This document shows positions 49,997 to 59,532 of a stretch of 64,000 nt of DNA, one piece after another. Source of the DNA: Anaerolineales bacterium (GTDB lineage Bacteria > Chloroflexota > Anaerolineae > Anaerolineales > Villigracilaceae); contig JAXIPJ010000246.1 in NCBI GenBank assembly GCA_045402985.1, positions 2,264 to 66,263 of the forward strand. Direction: 5' to 3'. Below the pieces are notes generated by a model. The model had not been told where the DNA came from. It saw only the letters and a list, made by a program, of their open reading frames with translations, and searched no databases. Position 1 is the stretch's first letter; every line of letters begins with the position of its first letter. Position numbers and translations under genes: made by a program.

Positions 49997-50977
49997 TCAT
50001 TTTCCAAAGACCTGCACGAGCGCTGCGACCAGGGCTTCGTCATTTTTGCGGATATTTTCGTCGAGTTCGATGTGAATGAATATTGCTCCATTTGGAGTAG
50101 AGCCCTGGGCATTCGTTGTCCCGCATAAATCCTGCCAGACATATCCGTCGCACAATCCAATGCTTATCCTCTGTTCAATCAGCGCGTACTTCAACCTTTG
50201 GCCTATCGCGAATTCAGACGCCTCAATGTTTTCTCCAAAGCCAAATACAGCCTGGGGATAGCCAGTATGCTTGCTGGTATGATACCCGTGAATTTGGAGG
50301 ATTATTACCTGCTCTGCCCCGGCTTGCATTTCTTGTGCTAAGGCTTCATGAACGGAGTGAAAGATACTTTCAGTGGTATGTGCGGCATCTGCCGATCCGT
50401 CTGCATTGGCGTTTCGGTGAGAGCCGGCGATCAGGAGCGCGTGTGCGTTTAGGGCGCGGTAAATGTCCATTGCAACGGTGGGCGTCCGTCGGTCATAAAG
50501 TGGATGCGGTGCCTGGATGATGATATTACTCGTGGAATCTACGCGGAAGGCATACAGTCCCCACCCTTTTTGAATCGGCTTGTTCTCCCGCAGGAGATAG
50601 TTCATGGCATTGTCGTCACCGCGGTCCTGGTAATTGACGAGCGTGTAATTGTTTTGCATTGCAAGCTCGGCAGCGTGCGCCAGATCGTGGGCCCCAAACA
50701 TCGCTACCAATTCGGCAAAATCCTGTTGCTCTTTCTCAGTAGGGACGACATAGCCTTCGCTGTTGGCGCGCGGCATATTTTCTTCCAGATAGTTGATCTG
50801 ATTCCGAAAACTGCCCTCAATGGTTTCGATGAAAGGTGTAGCAGTGGATGTTAATGTTATGTTGGGATGGGGATGTGTAGTGGAAGTGGGAGTTGAATTG
50901 ATCTGTGGAACGCAGCCTAAAGATAGAGCAATGATCATTAATAAGATGATTACAGTGGATGAAAGCCGCACGCGCAC
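49997..50977 (-). CDS. Lipoprotein with Zn-hydrolase-like motifs (possible poly-gamma-glutamate hydrolase-like fold)
   Basis: Lipobox LSLGC; QAPHPLYD, QIHG, HIEL parallel the APH..E, IHG, QxE motifs of the adjacent PghP-like gene. Confidence 0.55.
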   Translation of the reverse strand: MRVRLSSTVIILLMIIALSLGCVPQINSTPTSTTHPHPNITLTSTATPFIETIEGSFRNQINYLEENMPRANSEGYVVPTEKEQQDFAELVAMFGAHDLAHAAELAMQNNYTLVNYQDRGDDNAMNYLLRENKPIQKGWGLYAFRVDSTSNIIIQAPHPLYDRRTPTVAMDIYRALNAHALLIAGSHRNANADGSADAAHTTESIFHSVHEALAQEMQAGAEQVIILQIHGYHTSKHTGYPQAVFGFGENIEASEFAIGQRLKYALIEQRISIGLCDGYVWQDLCGTTNAQGSTPNGAIFIHIELDENIRKNDEALVAALVQVFGK

Positions 50978-51100
50978 CTCCTTGCTTTAAATTTTATAAA
51001 ACAGTCATCAGTTATAATTTCATGGGTTGAGTGAGGAATTTGTTCATATGTGACCTCAACCTGGCTTCCACGTTTTCAAGCATATTTATGGAAACAATTA

Positions 51101-51733
51101 ATGGTATCAAATAGTTGGCATAAAAGTTTCGCTGTACTTTGTGAATCAGAACGTGAAGGCATCACCTATCAGCGCAGAGTCAAAAAACGACGGTCCGCGC
51201 TTGCCATCATCGCGCCTCATGGGGGAGGCATTGAACCGGGAACTTCAGAAATCGCAAGGGCAATCGCAGGCTTTCTATTTTCATATTATACATTCGATGG
51301 TCTCAGGCAAGAGAGTAACGGACTTCTTCACATTACCAGCACTTCGTTCGATGAACCCAAGTGTTTGCAACTGGTAGATAATTCGGAAATTGTCATTGCC
51401 ATTCACGGATGTGCGGGTGAGGAAAAAGTTATCCATGTGGGCGGACTGCATGATGAATTAAAGACTCGTCTCATTAATGCTCTCGTGAAAATCGGGTTTG
51501 ATACTCATTTGGCTGGAGTCAATTATGCGGGGACTCAATTGCAAAACATCTGTAACCGCGGCCGTTTGGGTAGAGGCGTGCAATTTGAAATCAGCGAAGG
51601 TCTGCGCCGAAGCATGTTCAAAGGGTTGGATCGCCGGGGTCGAAAAATCACTACAGATGTTTTTAGGAAATTTGTCACATCTGTTCAGAAAGAATTAAAA
51701 TCTGCCGCGAAGGAGATGGGTCCAAACCTGTAA
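51101..51733 (+). CDS. Poly-gamma-glutamate hydrolase (PghP/DUF867 family)
   Basis: IAPHGGGIEPGTSEIA, HITSTSFDEP, AIHG, NICNRG, GVQFEIS. Confidence 0.9.
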   Translation: MVSNSWHKSFAVLCESEREGITYQRRVKKRRSALAIIAPHGGGIEPGTSEIARAIAGFLFSYYTFDGLRQESNGLLHITSTSFDEPKCLQLVDNSEIVIAIHGCAGEEKVIHVGGLHDELKTRLINALVKIGFDTHLAGVNYAGTQLQNICNRGRLGRGVQFEISEGLRRSMFKGLDRRGRKITTDVFRKFVTSVQKELKSAAKEMGPNL

Positions 51734-51740
51734 TACTATC

Positions 51741-53885
51741 CTACTTATTCTGGTTAGTCAGAGGAGAAGTAAACCATTGCTCTGCACCCGGTAATACTTG
51801 CTGAGTGAAGCTCAACTCTCCTGAACCGGTAAGCAGGGCATAATTATATAAGGGGCTATATGGCGCTTTGGCGTCAGCCCATTCAATGACGCGAAGATTA
51901 TCAAAATCAGCAGTAGACGTTCCCTGAGCAGGAGGAGTAAGCCGTAGAAACACCTGTACTGCAACTGCATTAGCAGGTGACTGCACATCAAAACGGAAAG
52001 CTTGCCATTGATTATGGGATTCAACCACTATAGGTTCAGTCATCTGCAGAAAAGAAGGTCCAAGAGTGTCTGGATACCAGCTAATCTGTACAACAGCAGT
52101 TGTCCCTTGACTAGCACGCATCATCCCTGTGACGCTTAGCTTTACCCCTGGGCCGACCCGAAGTCGATGAACATTGGTTGTCACGACATCCTGGATGTTA
52201 CTGCCGCCTCTCGTCAGGCGGATGCCTGTTTCACCTTCATAAGCATAATCCTGCCCGACTTGCACATCGCCCGATTCTAGATCCCAAAGTGGAGCCATGC
52301 GCGAAGCGGCGTCCACTTCATCATTTTCAAACCCGCCTATCCACAACAAGTCACGACCTAGTAATAATTTCCCTGTTCCTTTGAAGTCAGAGATCCATTG
52401 TGCCTGTGGAATCGGAATGATCTGACCTAGTTCCGGTGTTTCCGGACCACCCTCCATCGTTTGTATATAGGTGCTCTGAATGGCACGTCCCTCAAGATCA
52501 ATTTCCATTGCACCACTTTCCACAATAAAGGGACCAGACTCACGTCCGGCTGCACCGCGAACGACGTAATCTGCTAATTCATCTGTCAGGCCGTGGGGTA
52601 GATAACCATCAATGATCAATGGTTCAACATAGGCTCGAATGACTTTTCCTTCTCGCACGTAGACTGCAAGCATATAGGTTTCAAATGATGGCCATACAGT
52701 CTGATCAAAGAGGAAGTTGCCGATCGTCCAAGCAATCAACGATTGATCTCTCGCCGAAAACCCGCCGACGACGTGGGGATGATGATTGATAACGAGGGTC
52801 GCGCCTGCTTCTCTAGCCACCTGAGTGAGACGCCTGATTCTATCTGTTGGAGTGCGCTGATATTCCTTGCCTCCATGGATCATAAAGACCACCATATCCA
52901 CCTGCGGTTTGACCTTAACGATCTCAGAATGTATGCGAGCATCCGAGCAATAGGCTGCGCCGCCTTTCTTAAGTGCATCTAAAGCCACATACCGTACATC
53001 CGTTTTGGTGACTGACGCAGAGGGGAGGCTGACGGTTGTGCAGCCCATGAAAGCGATGGTCTGTCCCTTTGAGGAGATAATTACTGGAGCCCAGGCACCT
53101 GCTTCGTTTGTGCCTGCACCGAAATGGAGCATGCCTACTTGATCGAGCGTAGTAAGGGAAGTGCCGAGTCCTTCTTCCAGCAAATCGTAGTTATGATTGT
53201 TCCCGATATCAACGATGTCTACACCAGCTTGCTTGAGGGCCATCACACTATTAGTGTGGCTTGCATAAACGTACTCGGCGGTAGAGTGAAAAGCCACAGG
53301 TCGTGGATCTCGTATACGAAAGTGAGGCTGATGACTGAGTGTCGTTTCAAAATTCACCACCGTAAAATCGGCGTTTTCCAAAAGTGGCTTAACCGGCGCT
53401 AATAATTTGAGATGCGCTTCAACATCTGGATTGAGAGACAATAAGCCATCTGATGTGTCGTCATCTTCGTTTGGGTCATAGAAGCGACGGCCAAACATGG
53501 TATCGCCTGCGAAGTGAATGACAACGGTTTTGCCATCGTCTGGTGTGAGGCGAAAGAGCACTGGGATTCCAGAAGCGGCAGCACGTGTACGAGAAATAAA
53601 GCCGTCAGTTTTCGCTGTGATCCATTGAGGTGTACTTTCACTTGGAAGATCAAACCAACCGTCATGATTGCTTGTCGTATTGTTGTTTTGGGATGCTATG
53701 CTTGCACCTTGTATTGGATTTCCGTCCATGTCAACCACGCGCCCTGTAATACTAAATTTTTGAGGCGTCGGAACAAGGGTGGGTGTAAATGTGGGTGTAG
53801 CTGTAGGAATGGTTCCAGGCGAATGAGAACAGCTGGAAAGAAAAAATGTTAATATAAGGAGAAGTGAAAACGCTGAGCGAGTCAT
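51741..53885 (-). CDS. capA: CapA/PgsA-family lipoprotein, paralogue 2
   Basis: Lipobox LSSC, beta-sandwich N-domain, FAGDTMFGR, VNFET, GNNHNYD, HGGKEY, HHPHV, GNFLFDQ, C-terminal CBM-like domain. Confidence 0.88.
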   Translation of the reverse strand: MTRSAFSLLLILTFFLSSCSHSPGTIPTATPTFTPTLVPTPQKFSITGRVVDMDGNPIQGASIASQNNNTTSNHDGWFDLPSESTPQWITAKTDGFISRTRAAASGIPVLFRLTPDDGKTVVIHFAGDTMFGRRFYDPNEDDDTSDGLLSLNPDVEAHLKLLAPVKPLLENADFTVVNFETTLSHQPHFRIRDPRPVAFHSTAEYVYASHTNSVMALKQAGVDIVDIGNNHNYDLLEEGLGTSLTTLDQVGMLHFGAGTNEAGAWAPVIISSKGQTIAFMGCTTVSLPSASVTKTDVRYVALDALKKGGAAYCSDARIHSEIVKVKPQVDMVVFMIHGGKEYQRTPTDRIRRLTQVAREAGATLVINHHPHVVGGFSARDQSLIAWTIGNFLFDQTVWPSFETYMLAVYVREGKVIRAYVEPLIIDGYLPHGLTDELADYVVRGAAGRESGPFIVESGAMEIDLEGRAIQSTYIQTMEGGPETPELGQIIPIPQAQWISDFKGTGKLLLGRDLLWIGGFENDEVDAASRMAPLWDLESGDVQVGQDYAYEGETGIRLTRGGSNIQDVVTTNVHRLRVGPGVKLSVTGMMRASQGTTAVVQISWYPDTLGPSFLQMTEPIVVESHNQWQAFRFDVQSPANAVAVQVFLRLTPPAQGTSTADFDNLRVIEWADAKAPYSPLYNYALLTGSGELSFTQQVLPGAEQWFTSPLTNQNK

Positions 53886-53999
53886 TGTATGACAATCCTG
53901 GTCATTGGTCTCAAGTGAGAAGCAACCATTCGCAAAATTATTCGCAATCAGGGCGATGTAAACAATTTGAAATTAATGATCGTGTTCGTTGAGCCATGT

Positions 54000-56189
54000 T
54001 CAAGGGGTTTGATCGTCAGAGGGAACAGTAAACCATTGCTCTGCACCAGGCAGGATCTCCTGCGTGAAAGTTAAATCTCCAGAGCCAGTAAGAAGGCCAT
54101 AATTATATAGAGGGCTGTATTGCGCCCGGGCATCAGCCCATTCAATGATGCGAATGTTATCAAAATCGGCTGTGACGGTTCCTTTGTCTGGAGGTGTCAA
54201 CCTCAGGTACACGCCCAAAGCCAGCGCCTCTTTTGGCACCTGCACGTCGAAACGAAAAGGCTGCCAGGTACCGTAAGATTGGACTTCAATTGGCTGGGTG
54301 TCCTTCAAAAAAGATGGTCCGGAGGTCGCTGAATACCAACTGAATTGGGTCAAGGCCGTGACCCCTTGAGTGATGCGTATCATGCCTGTCACACTTAGAT
54401 TAGTGTAAGGTTTCACCCAAACTCGATGAAGATTGGTCGTCACGGCATCCTCGATGTTATTGCTGTCCCTTGTCAAACGGATGCCTGTTTCACCCTGATA
54501 CGCATAACCCTGTCCGACTTGGACCTCTCCCAGCTCCAAGTCCCAGAGTGGAGCCACATGCGAAGCAGAGTCCACTTCATCATTTTCAAATCCGCCAACC
54601 CACAACAGGTCGCGACCCAGCAATAATTTGCCTGTTCCTTTGAAATCAGAAATCCACTGCGCCTGAGGGATGGGAATGATCTGACCTGGTTCCGGGCCGC
54701 CATCTATCGTCTGGGTATAAGTTTTTTGGATGGCGCGCCCATCAAGATCAACTTCCATTGCGCCGCTTTCCATAATAAGGGGACCAGGTTCACGACCCGC
54801 GGCGCCGCGCACAACGTAATCTGCTAATTCATCTGTCAAGCCATGAGGCAGAAAGCCGTCAATGATCAATGGTTCAATATAAGCTCTGGTGACTTTTCCA
54901 TCACGCAAATAGACCGCAAGCATATAAGATTCAAAAGCCGGCCACACGGTCTGGTCGGAGAGGAAGCTGCCTATCGTTTGGACAATCAACGTTTGATCTT
55001 TCAAAGAAAACCCGCCTACAACGTGCGGATGATGATTGATGACCAAAGTAGCGCCTGCCTGTCTGGCAATTTCGGTGAGATAAGTAATTTTGTTGGTTGG
55101 AGTGCGATCGTATTCTTTGCCACCATGGATCATGACGATAACAATATCAACCTGTTGTTTGACCTTGATGATCTCGGAACGTAAGCGGGCTTCTGCACAA
55201 TAAGCCGCACCACCTTTCCTAAGTATATCGAAAGCCACATAAGGAACATCATTTCTTATAGCTGTGTTAAGCGGAATTCTGAGGGTTGTGCATCCAATAA
55301 ATGCGATTGTCTGTCCTTTTGATGAGATAATGGCTGGACTCCAGGCACTTGCTTCATTTGTCCCTGCACCGAAATGGAGCATGCCTGCCTGAGCAAGAGT
55401 GGAAAGGGAAGTGCCTAGCCCCACTTCCAGCATATCGTAGTTGTGATTATTTCCCATATCAACGATATCTACGCCAGACTGCTTGAGGGCTATCACACTT
55501 TTAGGATGGCTTGCATAAACATTTTCAGCAGTGGAGTGAAAAGCCACAGGTCTAGGATCTCTTTTACGAAAGTAAGGCTGATGGCTGAGTGTAGTTTCAA
55601 AATTTACTACAGTGAAATCGGCATTTTCCAAAAGTGGTTTAACTGCCGTTAATAATCTCATGTGATCATCAACAGTGGGCTCAAGAGGCAACAGACCATC
55701 AGTTGTGTAATCGTCTTCGTTGGGGTCATAGAAGCGACGGCCAAACATAGTATCGCCTGCGAAGTGAATGACGACTGTTTTGCCGTCGTCTGGTGTAAGG
55801 CGAAAGAGCACAGGAGTTTCAGGAGCGGCGGCCCGCGTCCGGGAAATAAAGCCCGGGCTTGTTACCTTGATCCATTGCGGGAGTCCTTGTGCAGGGAGTC
55901 TGAACCAGCCGTCTTTGTTGCTCATTGTGGTGTTATTATGGGATTCCACACTCGCTGCTTCTATAGGAATCCCGTCCATGTCAACCACACGTCCAACAAA
56001 ATCCTCATTCACTTGATCTTGTTGGAGTTGTGTAACCAATTCACGTATCAGAGGGGAGAATGATTGACGTTCCACAACAGGGCTAGGTGTTGCATTTTCG
56101 ATGGGTTGAGGCGGTCTAGGCAAACGTGAACAGCCAGATAGAAAAACAGCCAGTATTAGGAAAGGAGATAGAATTGAACGAGTCTTCAT
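54000..56189 (-). CDS. capA: CapA/PgsA-family lipoprotein, paralogue 1
   Basis: Lipobox LSGC; same architecture and long identical stretches with 51741-53885. Confidence 0.88.
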   Translation of the reverse strand: MKTRSILSPFLILAVFLSGCSRLPRPPQPIENATPSPVVERQSFSPLIRELVTQLQQDQVNEDFVGRVVDMDGIPIEAASVESHNNTTMSNKDGWFRLPAQGLPQWIKVTSPGFISRTRAAAPETPVLFRLTPDDGKTVVIHFAGDTMFGRRFYDPNEDDYTTDGLLPLEPTVDDHMRLLTAVKPLLENADFTVVNFETTLSHQPYFRKRDPRPVAFHSTAENVYASHPKSVIALKQSGVDIVDMGNNHNYDMLEVGLGTSLSTLAQAGMLHFGAGTNEASAWSPAIISSKGQTIAFIGCTTLRIPLNTAIRNDVPYVAFDILRKGGAAYCAEARLRSEIIKVKQQVDIVIVMIHGGKEYDRTPTNKITYLTEIARQAGATLVINHHPHVVGGFSLKDQTLIVQTIGSFLSDQTVWPAFESYMLAVYLRDGKVTRAYIEPLIIDGFLPHGLTDELADYVVRGAAGREPGPLIMESGAMEVDLDGRAIQKTYTQTIDGGPEPGQIIPIPQAQWISDFKGTGKLLLGRDLLWVGGFENDEVDSASHVAPLWDLELGEVQVGQGYAYQGETGIRLTRDSNNIEDAVTTNLHRVWVKPYTNLSVTGMIRITQGVTALTQFSWYSATSGPSFLKDTQPIEVQSYGTWQPFRFDVQVPKEALALGVYLRLTPPDKGTVTADFDNIRIIEWADARAQYSPLYNYGLLTGSGDLTFTQEILPGAEQWFTVPSDDQTP

Positions 56190-56211
56190 TGAGTAAGTAC
56201 CCAACTATTGA

Positions 56212-57255
56212 TTATCCGGTGAGAAACAACCATTCTAGGTGAGTTTGGCTTAACACTAGCACCATGCCTTGCATAACCAGCCATACTCCCACAGCAGCTA
56301 ATGAAGTAGTAACAACCGTTCTGTAGGTTCCCTCGCGGGCAAAATCGTTCGCTATGAGCGAAGCAATAGTGGGCATAATAACTACGAAACCAGACCAGGG
56401 AATGAACTGGCCACGTGTAATATTGATAATAATGATTTCCAATAACCATGAGATTACCACACCGGCAAGAATCATCATCCCCAATTTTGTTCTTCCGAAT
56501 GCCAGTACCATCTGCGAGGTTAGAAACTGCACAAATATGAAAGTCACAATGCTGGCAACAACCACAAATACCAGGTCTAATGGGCGCAATGCAAATAGGG
56601 CCAGGTAGGCAGCCGTTACAAATCCGCCTGATCGTGCTTTGAATTTGGAATAGGCTAAAAGGTCAAGAAATACACTGGCAATAATGCCGTATGGCAGCAG
56701 TTGTATGGGATACGCATAAGTGTAGGGTTGTGTGCGAAGCAAAGGCGATGAGGAACGCAGGAAGAAATTCGGCAGCAACTCTTCAATTGCCGAGAGAGGA
56801 AAAATAATCAGCGATACGATCAGAACTCCCAGCAAAATTGATCCCAGAGTGTTTTTGGGTCCCTGGCGACCCATATCATGAGAAATAACTCCTGGCAAAA
56901 CAAAACCGATGCCATAAAGAATGGCAAGGTCAATGTTAATCAATCCAAATAAATTGATTATCGTTAACCAAAGGACCTGAAGAACCAGACCGACCAGAAT
57001 TTCAACTTCAAACAGACTGCGCCCATTGAGCATGTAACGTTTTTGGAGGATTTTATAAACAATTTGGTAGGTGATATAGGCCATCATCAGTGTAACAACG
57101 ATGTGGAGAGGCTGGCCTACAAAAAGTGCCAGATATCCACAAACGATAACACCGCCAAGTGTTAATCCGGTCCGCTTATAAATGATCGTCGAGACCACGA
57201 TCCCGAGAATAATGGTCAGCCTTGCCAGCTCATTGCTAACATAATATTCGTACAT
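56212..57255 (-). CDS. pgsC: Poly-gamma-glutamate biosynthesis protein PgsC/CapC (two fused CapC units)
   Basis: TGLTLGGVIVCGYLAL..GIGFVLPGVISHDMGRQG and second unit SGGFVTAAYLAL..MPTIASLIANDFAREG. Confidence 0.88.
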   Translation of the reverse strand: MYEYYVSNELARLTIILGIVVSTIIYKRTGLTLGGVIVCGYLALFVGQPLHIVVTLMMAYITYQIVYKILQKRYMLNGRSLFEVEILVGLVLQVLWLTIINLFGLINIDLAILYGIGFVLPGVISHDMGRQGPKNTLGSILLGVLIVSLIIFPLSAIEELLPNFFLRSSSPLLRTQPYTYAYPIQLLPYGIIASVFLDLLAYSKFKARSGGFVTAAYLALFALRPLDLVFVVVASIVTFIFVQFLTSQMVLAFGRTKLGMMILAGVVISWLLEIIIINITRGQFIPWSGFVVIMPTIASLIANDFAREGTYRTVVTTSLAAVGVWLVMQGMVLVLSQTHLEWLFLTG

Positions 57256-57259
57256 TTGA

Positions 57260-58555
57260 TTAATCCCGGTCAGCCAAATGACCGATCATTCTTTCCTTTA
57301 TCTGTTCCATCCGCGGACGATAGTGTTGCCATGCTTCACCTTCATGGACATGAACTGGTGCATCCGGACGATGGTGGAAGTATTCGAGCAGCAATTCGGC
57401 CTGAGGGGTATGGATGTTGACCAGGCCGATTAATACGCCTTGCTCGCCTTTGATCAGGCCGGCAATCACTTCGAATATTTTCTCAAGCGAAGGGTTTATA
57501 CTGAAACCCATGTTGATTATCCGCTCAGGTGGCACTCCCAATTTAAGCATATGTTCTGTTACCTGTGATTCATATGCTCCAAAAGTTATCCAGTAATCAA
57601 AGTCCAAATCTTTGGCAGCAATGTTCGCAAATCTCATGGCACGGTCCGCCCGATCATAACGGTTGTTGAGAATCCCAATTCGTGTGGCATCCTGACGATA
57701 GTAAGGCTGCAGGGCATCTACACTTATAATAGTACTCTCGCGATCATTGACAGCAAACAAGGGAATCCAGATGATTTCCTTGTTTTTCCAGGTGGTTCGT
57801 TGAATACTGACTACACCAACATCGGGGCGGGCGTTCCACATGCCACGCATGGCTGTTGAGCGCGGAATCCCCAATATCTCTGCCACCGCCAATCCAATGG
57901 AAATGTTCTCGCGAAACGAAAGATAATTGAAACCAGCCAGGTCCTTTTCTGTAACGTAGGCAGGATCGGCATAAACCATGCGGCTTCCGCGATCCGCTGC
58001 ATTTTTGGCTAATCTTTCCCTCAAGTGTGGGCGGTCTTCAGCTGTTATCACAATCCCGTCTCGTGGGATGATGAGCGACATGGTATCAGCAATCTCTTCC
58101 AACGATTCACCCATTACATCCTGGTGATCCTCCCGTACATTGGTAATCACATTGATATTCCCTTTCACCAACAGCTCCTGAGAAGCGGTCTGGTTGGCCG
58201 GGAAGAGTGCCATCGTTTCGAAAACAATCGCTTCAGTCTCTTTTTTTAGATAGCGTTTTGCGATGTTAAATAATTCCATGATGGTAGCCGAGCTTCGGCG
58301 ATAAATGGGGATTTCATCTCCATTTGGCAAAATGACCATAGCTGCGCTGCCCGTAGTTTTGGCAAGCGTTTGTAGCCCAGCCTCACGCAAAACTCCCGCG
58401 ATGAGGCGGGTTACTGTTGATTTTCCCCGAATCCCGTTGACATAGATTCGGATCTTGAGTTTATCGAGCTGCCTCTCATAATCCTTTCTTTCTATCCACC
58501 AGGATATGATTACGCCGAGGAGCGTCAGGCCAAGAACAATGATGCCATACATCAA
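57260..58555 (-). CDS. pgsB: Poly-gamma-glutamate synthase PgsB/CapB
   Basis: RIYVNGIRGKSTVTRLI, KTTGS, ETMAL, ITNVREDHQDVMG, FAVND, NNRYDRADR, GLVNIH. Confidence 0.95.
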   Translation of the reverse strand: MMYGIIVLGLTLLGVIISWWIERKDYERQLDKLKIRIYVNGIRGKSTVTRLIAGVLREAGLQTLAKTTGSAAMVILPNGDEIPIYRRSSATIMELFNIAKRYLKKETEAIVFETMALFPANQTASQELLVKGNINVITNVREDHQDVMGESLEEIADTMSLIIPRDGIVITAEDRPHLRERLAKNAADRGSRMVYADPAYVTEKDLAGFNYLSFRENISIGLAVAEILGIPRSTAMRGMWNARPDVGVVSIQRTTWKNKEIIWIPLFAVNDRESTIISVDALQPYYRQDATRIGILNNRYDRADRAMRFANIAAKDLDFDYWITFGAYESQVTEHMLKLGVPPERIINMGFSINPSLEKIFEVIAGLIKGEQGVLIGLVNIHTPQAELLLEYFHHRPDAPVHVHEGEAWQHYRPRMEQIKERMIGHLADRD

Positions 58556-59532
58556 GAGATCACTTTCTCGAACAATGGAGTTGACGACGGAGTTTCACCT
58601 ACTGTTACCCATTCAATGAAGATGTTCTGAAAGAGATCGTCGGTATTTATTTCCCAACTCTGTTCTAGAGATTTTTCTGCCGCTTCCATTGTGTTGATCT
58701 TTGTGCTACTTACCCCTAAAAAGGCTGCGAACCCAAATCGAAGTTGGACGCGTGTCTGAATAGCCATCGAATTACCAGAGTGAGTAACAAACTGTGTCGA
58801 CATCATCCTATTAAAGATGTTGTTAACCACTTTATTCGCTCCGCCTGTTTCGGTTTCTGGTAGTATAACGGCGATCTTTTGATCCCCTGCCAGAAAGGGA
58901 ATATCAGTATCGCGTGTTGTATCCTTGATATTGGTCGCAATCGCACGCATCAATTCAGATCCCTCTTTTGGTTTCCATTCAGTTCCTGGTATGGGCCGCA
59001 CCATAATCAAGATGAGGGCAAAGGGGCGGCGATATCGAACAGAGCGGTCCTCTTCTTCATGTAGGCGTAGTAATCCTATGGACGGTTTAATCAGTCCGAC
59101 GGTTTTATCTTCAAGATCCAATTGCTTTAATTGATTTTGATTTCTTCTATAGGTATTCAGAATGGCCTGCAAACGATCATGATATATACCGCTAAAGATG
59201 AATGTCAGACCTGCTATGATTAATTCCAGCATGTTATCCAAAAGCCTGACTTCCTCCCAAACCCCCAGAAGTTTTTTGATAGCAATCCAAACGAAAACCA
59301 TAAGCAGGCCAACCAATACCCCTCGAACCAAACCCAGGGCCAGCATGATCCCAACACCTAAAAATAATAAGAATATGAACACTGAAAGACTCCGAGCAGA
59401 GTTATTATAGATAACCACCAATGCAGCCGCCAGCAGGCTGGCGGCAAACACCAAAAGCGTGAGATAGAGTCTCTGTATTCGATCTAACGGACTGCGTTTT
59501 TGACTTTCATCGGTCATATTTTTCTCACTCAT
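58552..59532 (-). CDS. Membrane protein with degenerate GGDEF domain (PelD-like c-di-GMP receptor)
   Basis: About four TM helices; EDKTVGL, EEEDRSVRYRRPFALIL, I-site RDTD, active site degenerated to AGDQK, AVILPET. Confidence 0.75.
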   Translation of the reverse strand: MSEKNMTDESQKRSPLDRIQRLYLTLLVFAASLLAAALVVIYNNSARSLSVFIFLLFLGVGIMLALGLVRGVLVGLLMVFVWIAIKKLLGVWEEVRLLDNMLELIIAGLTFIFSGIYHDRLQAILNTYRRNQNQLKQLDLEDKTVGLIKPSIGLLRLHEEEDRSVRYRRPFALILIMVRPIPGTEWKPKEGSELMRAIATNIKDTTRDTDIPFLAGDQKIAVILPETETGGANKVVNNIFNRMMSTQFVTHSGNSMAIQTRVQLRFGFAAFLGVSSTKINTMEAAEKSLEQSWEINTDDLFQNIFIEWVTVGETPSSTPLFEKVIS

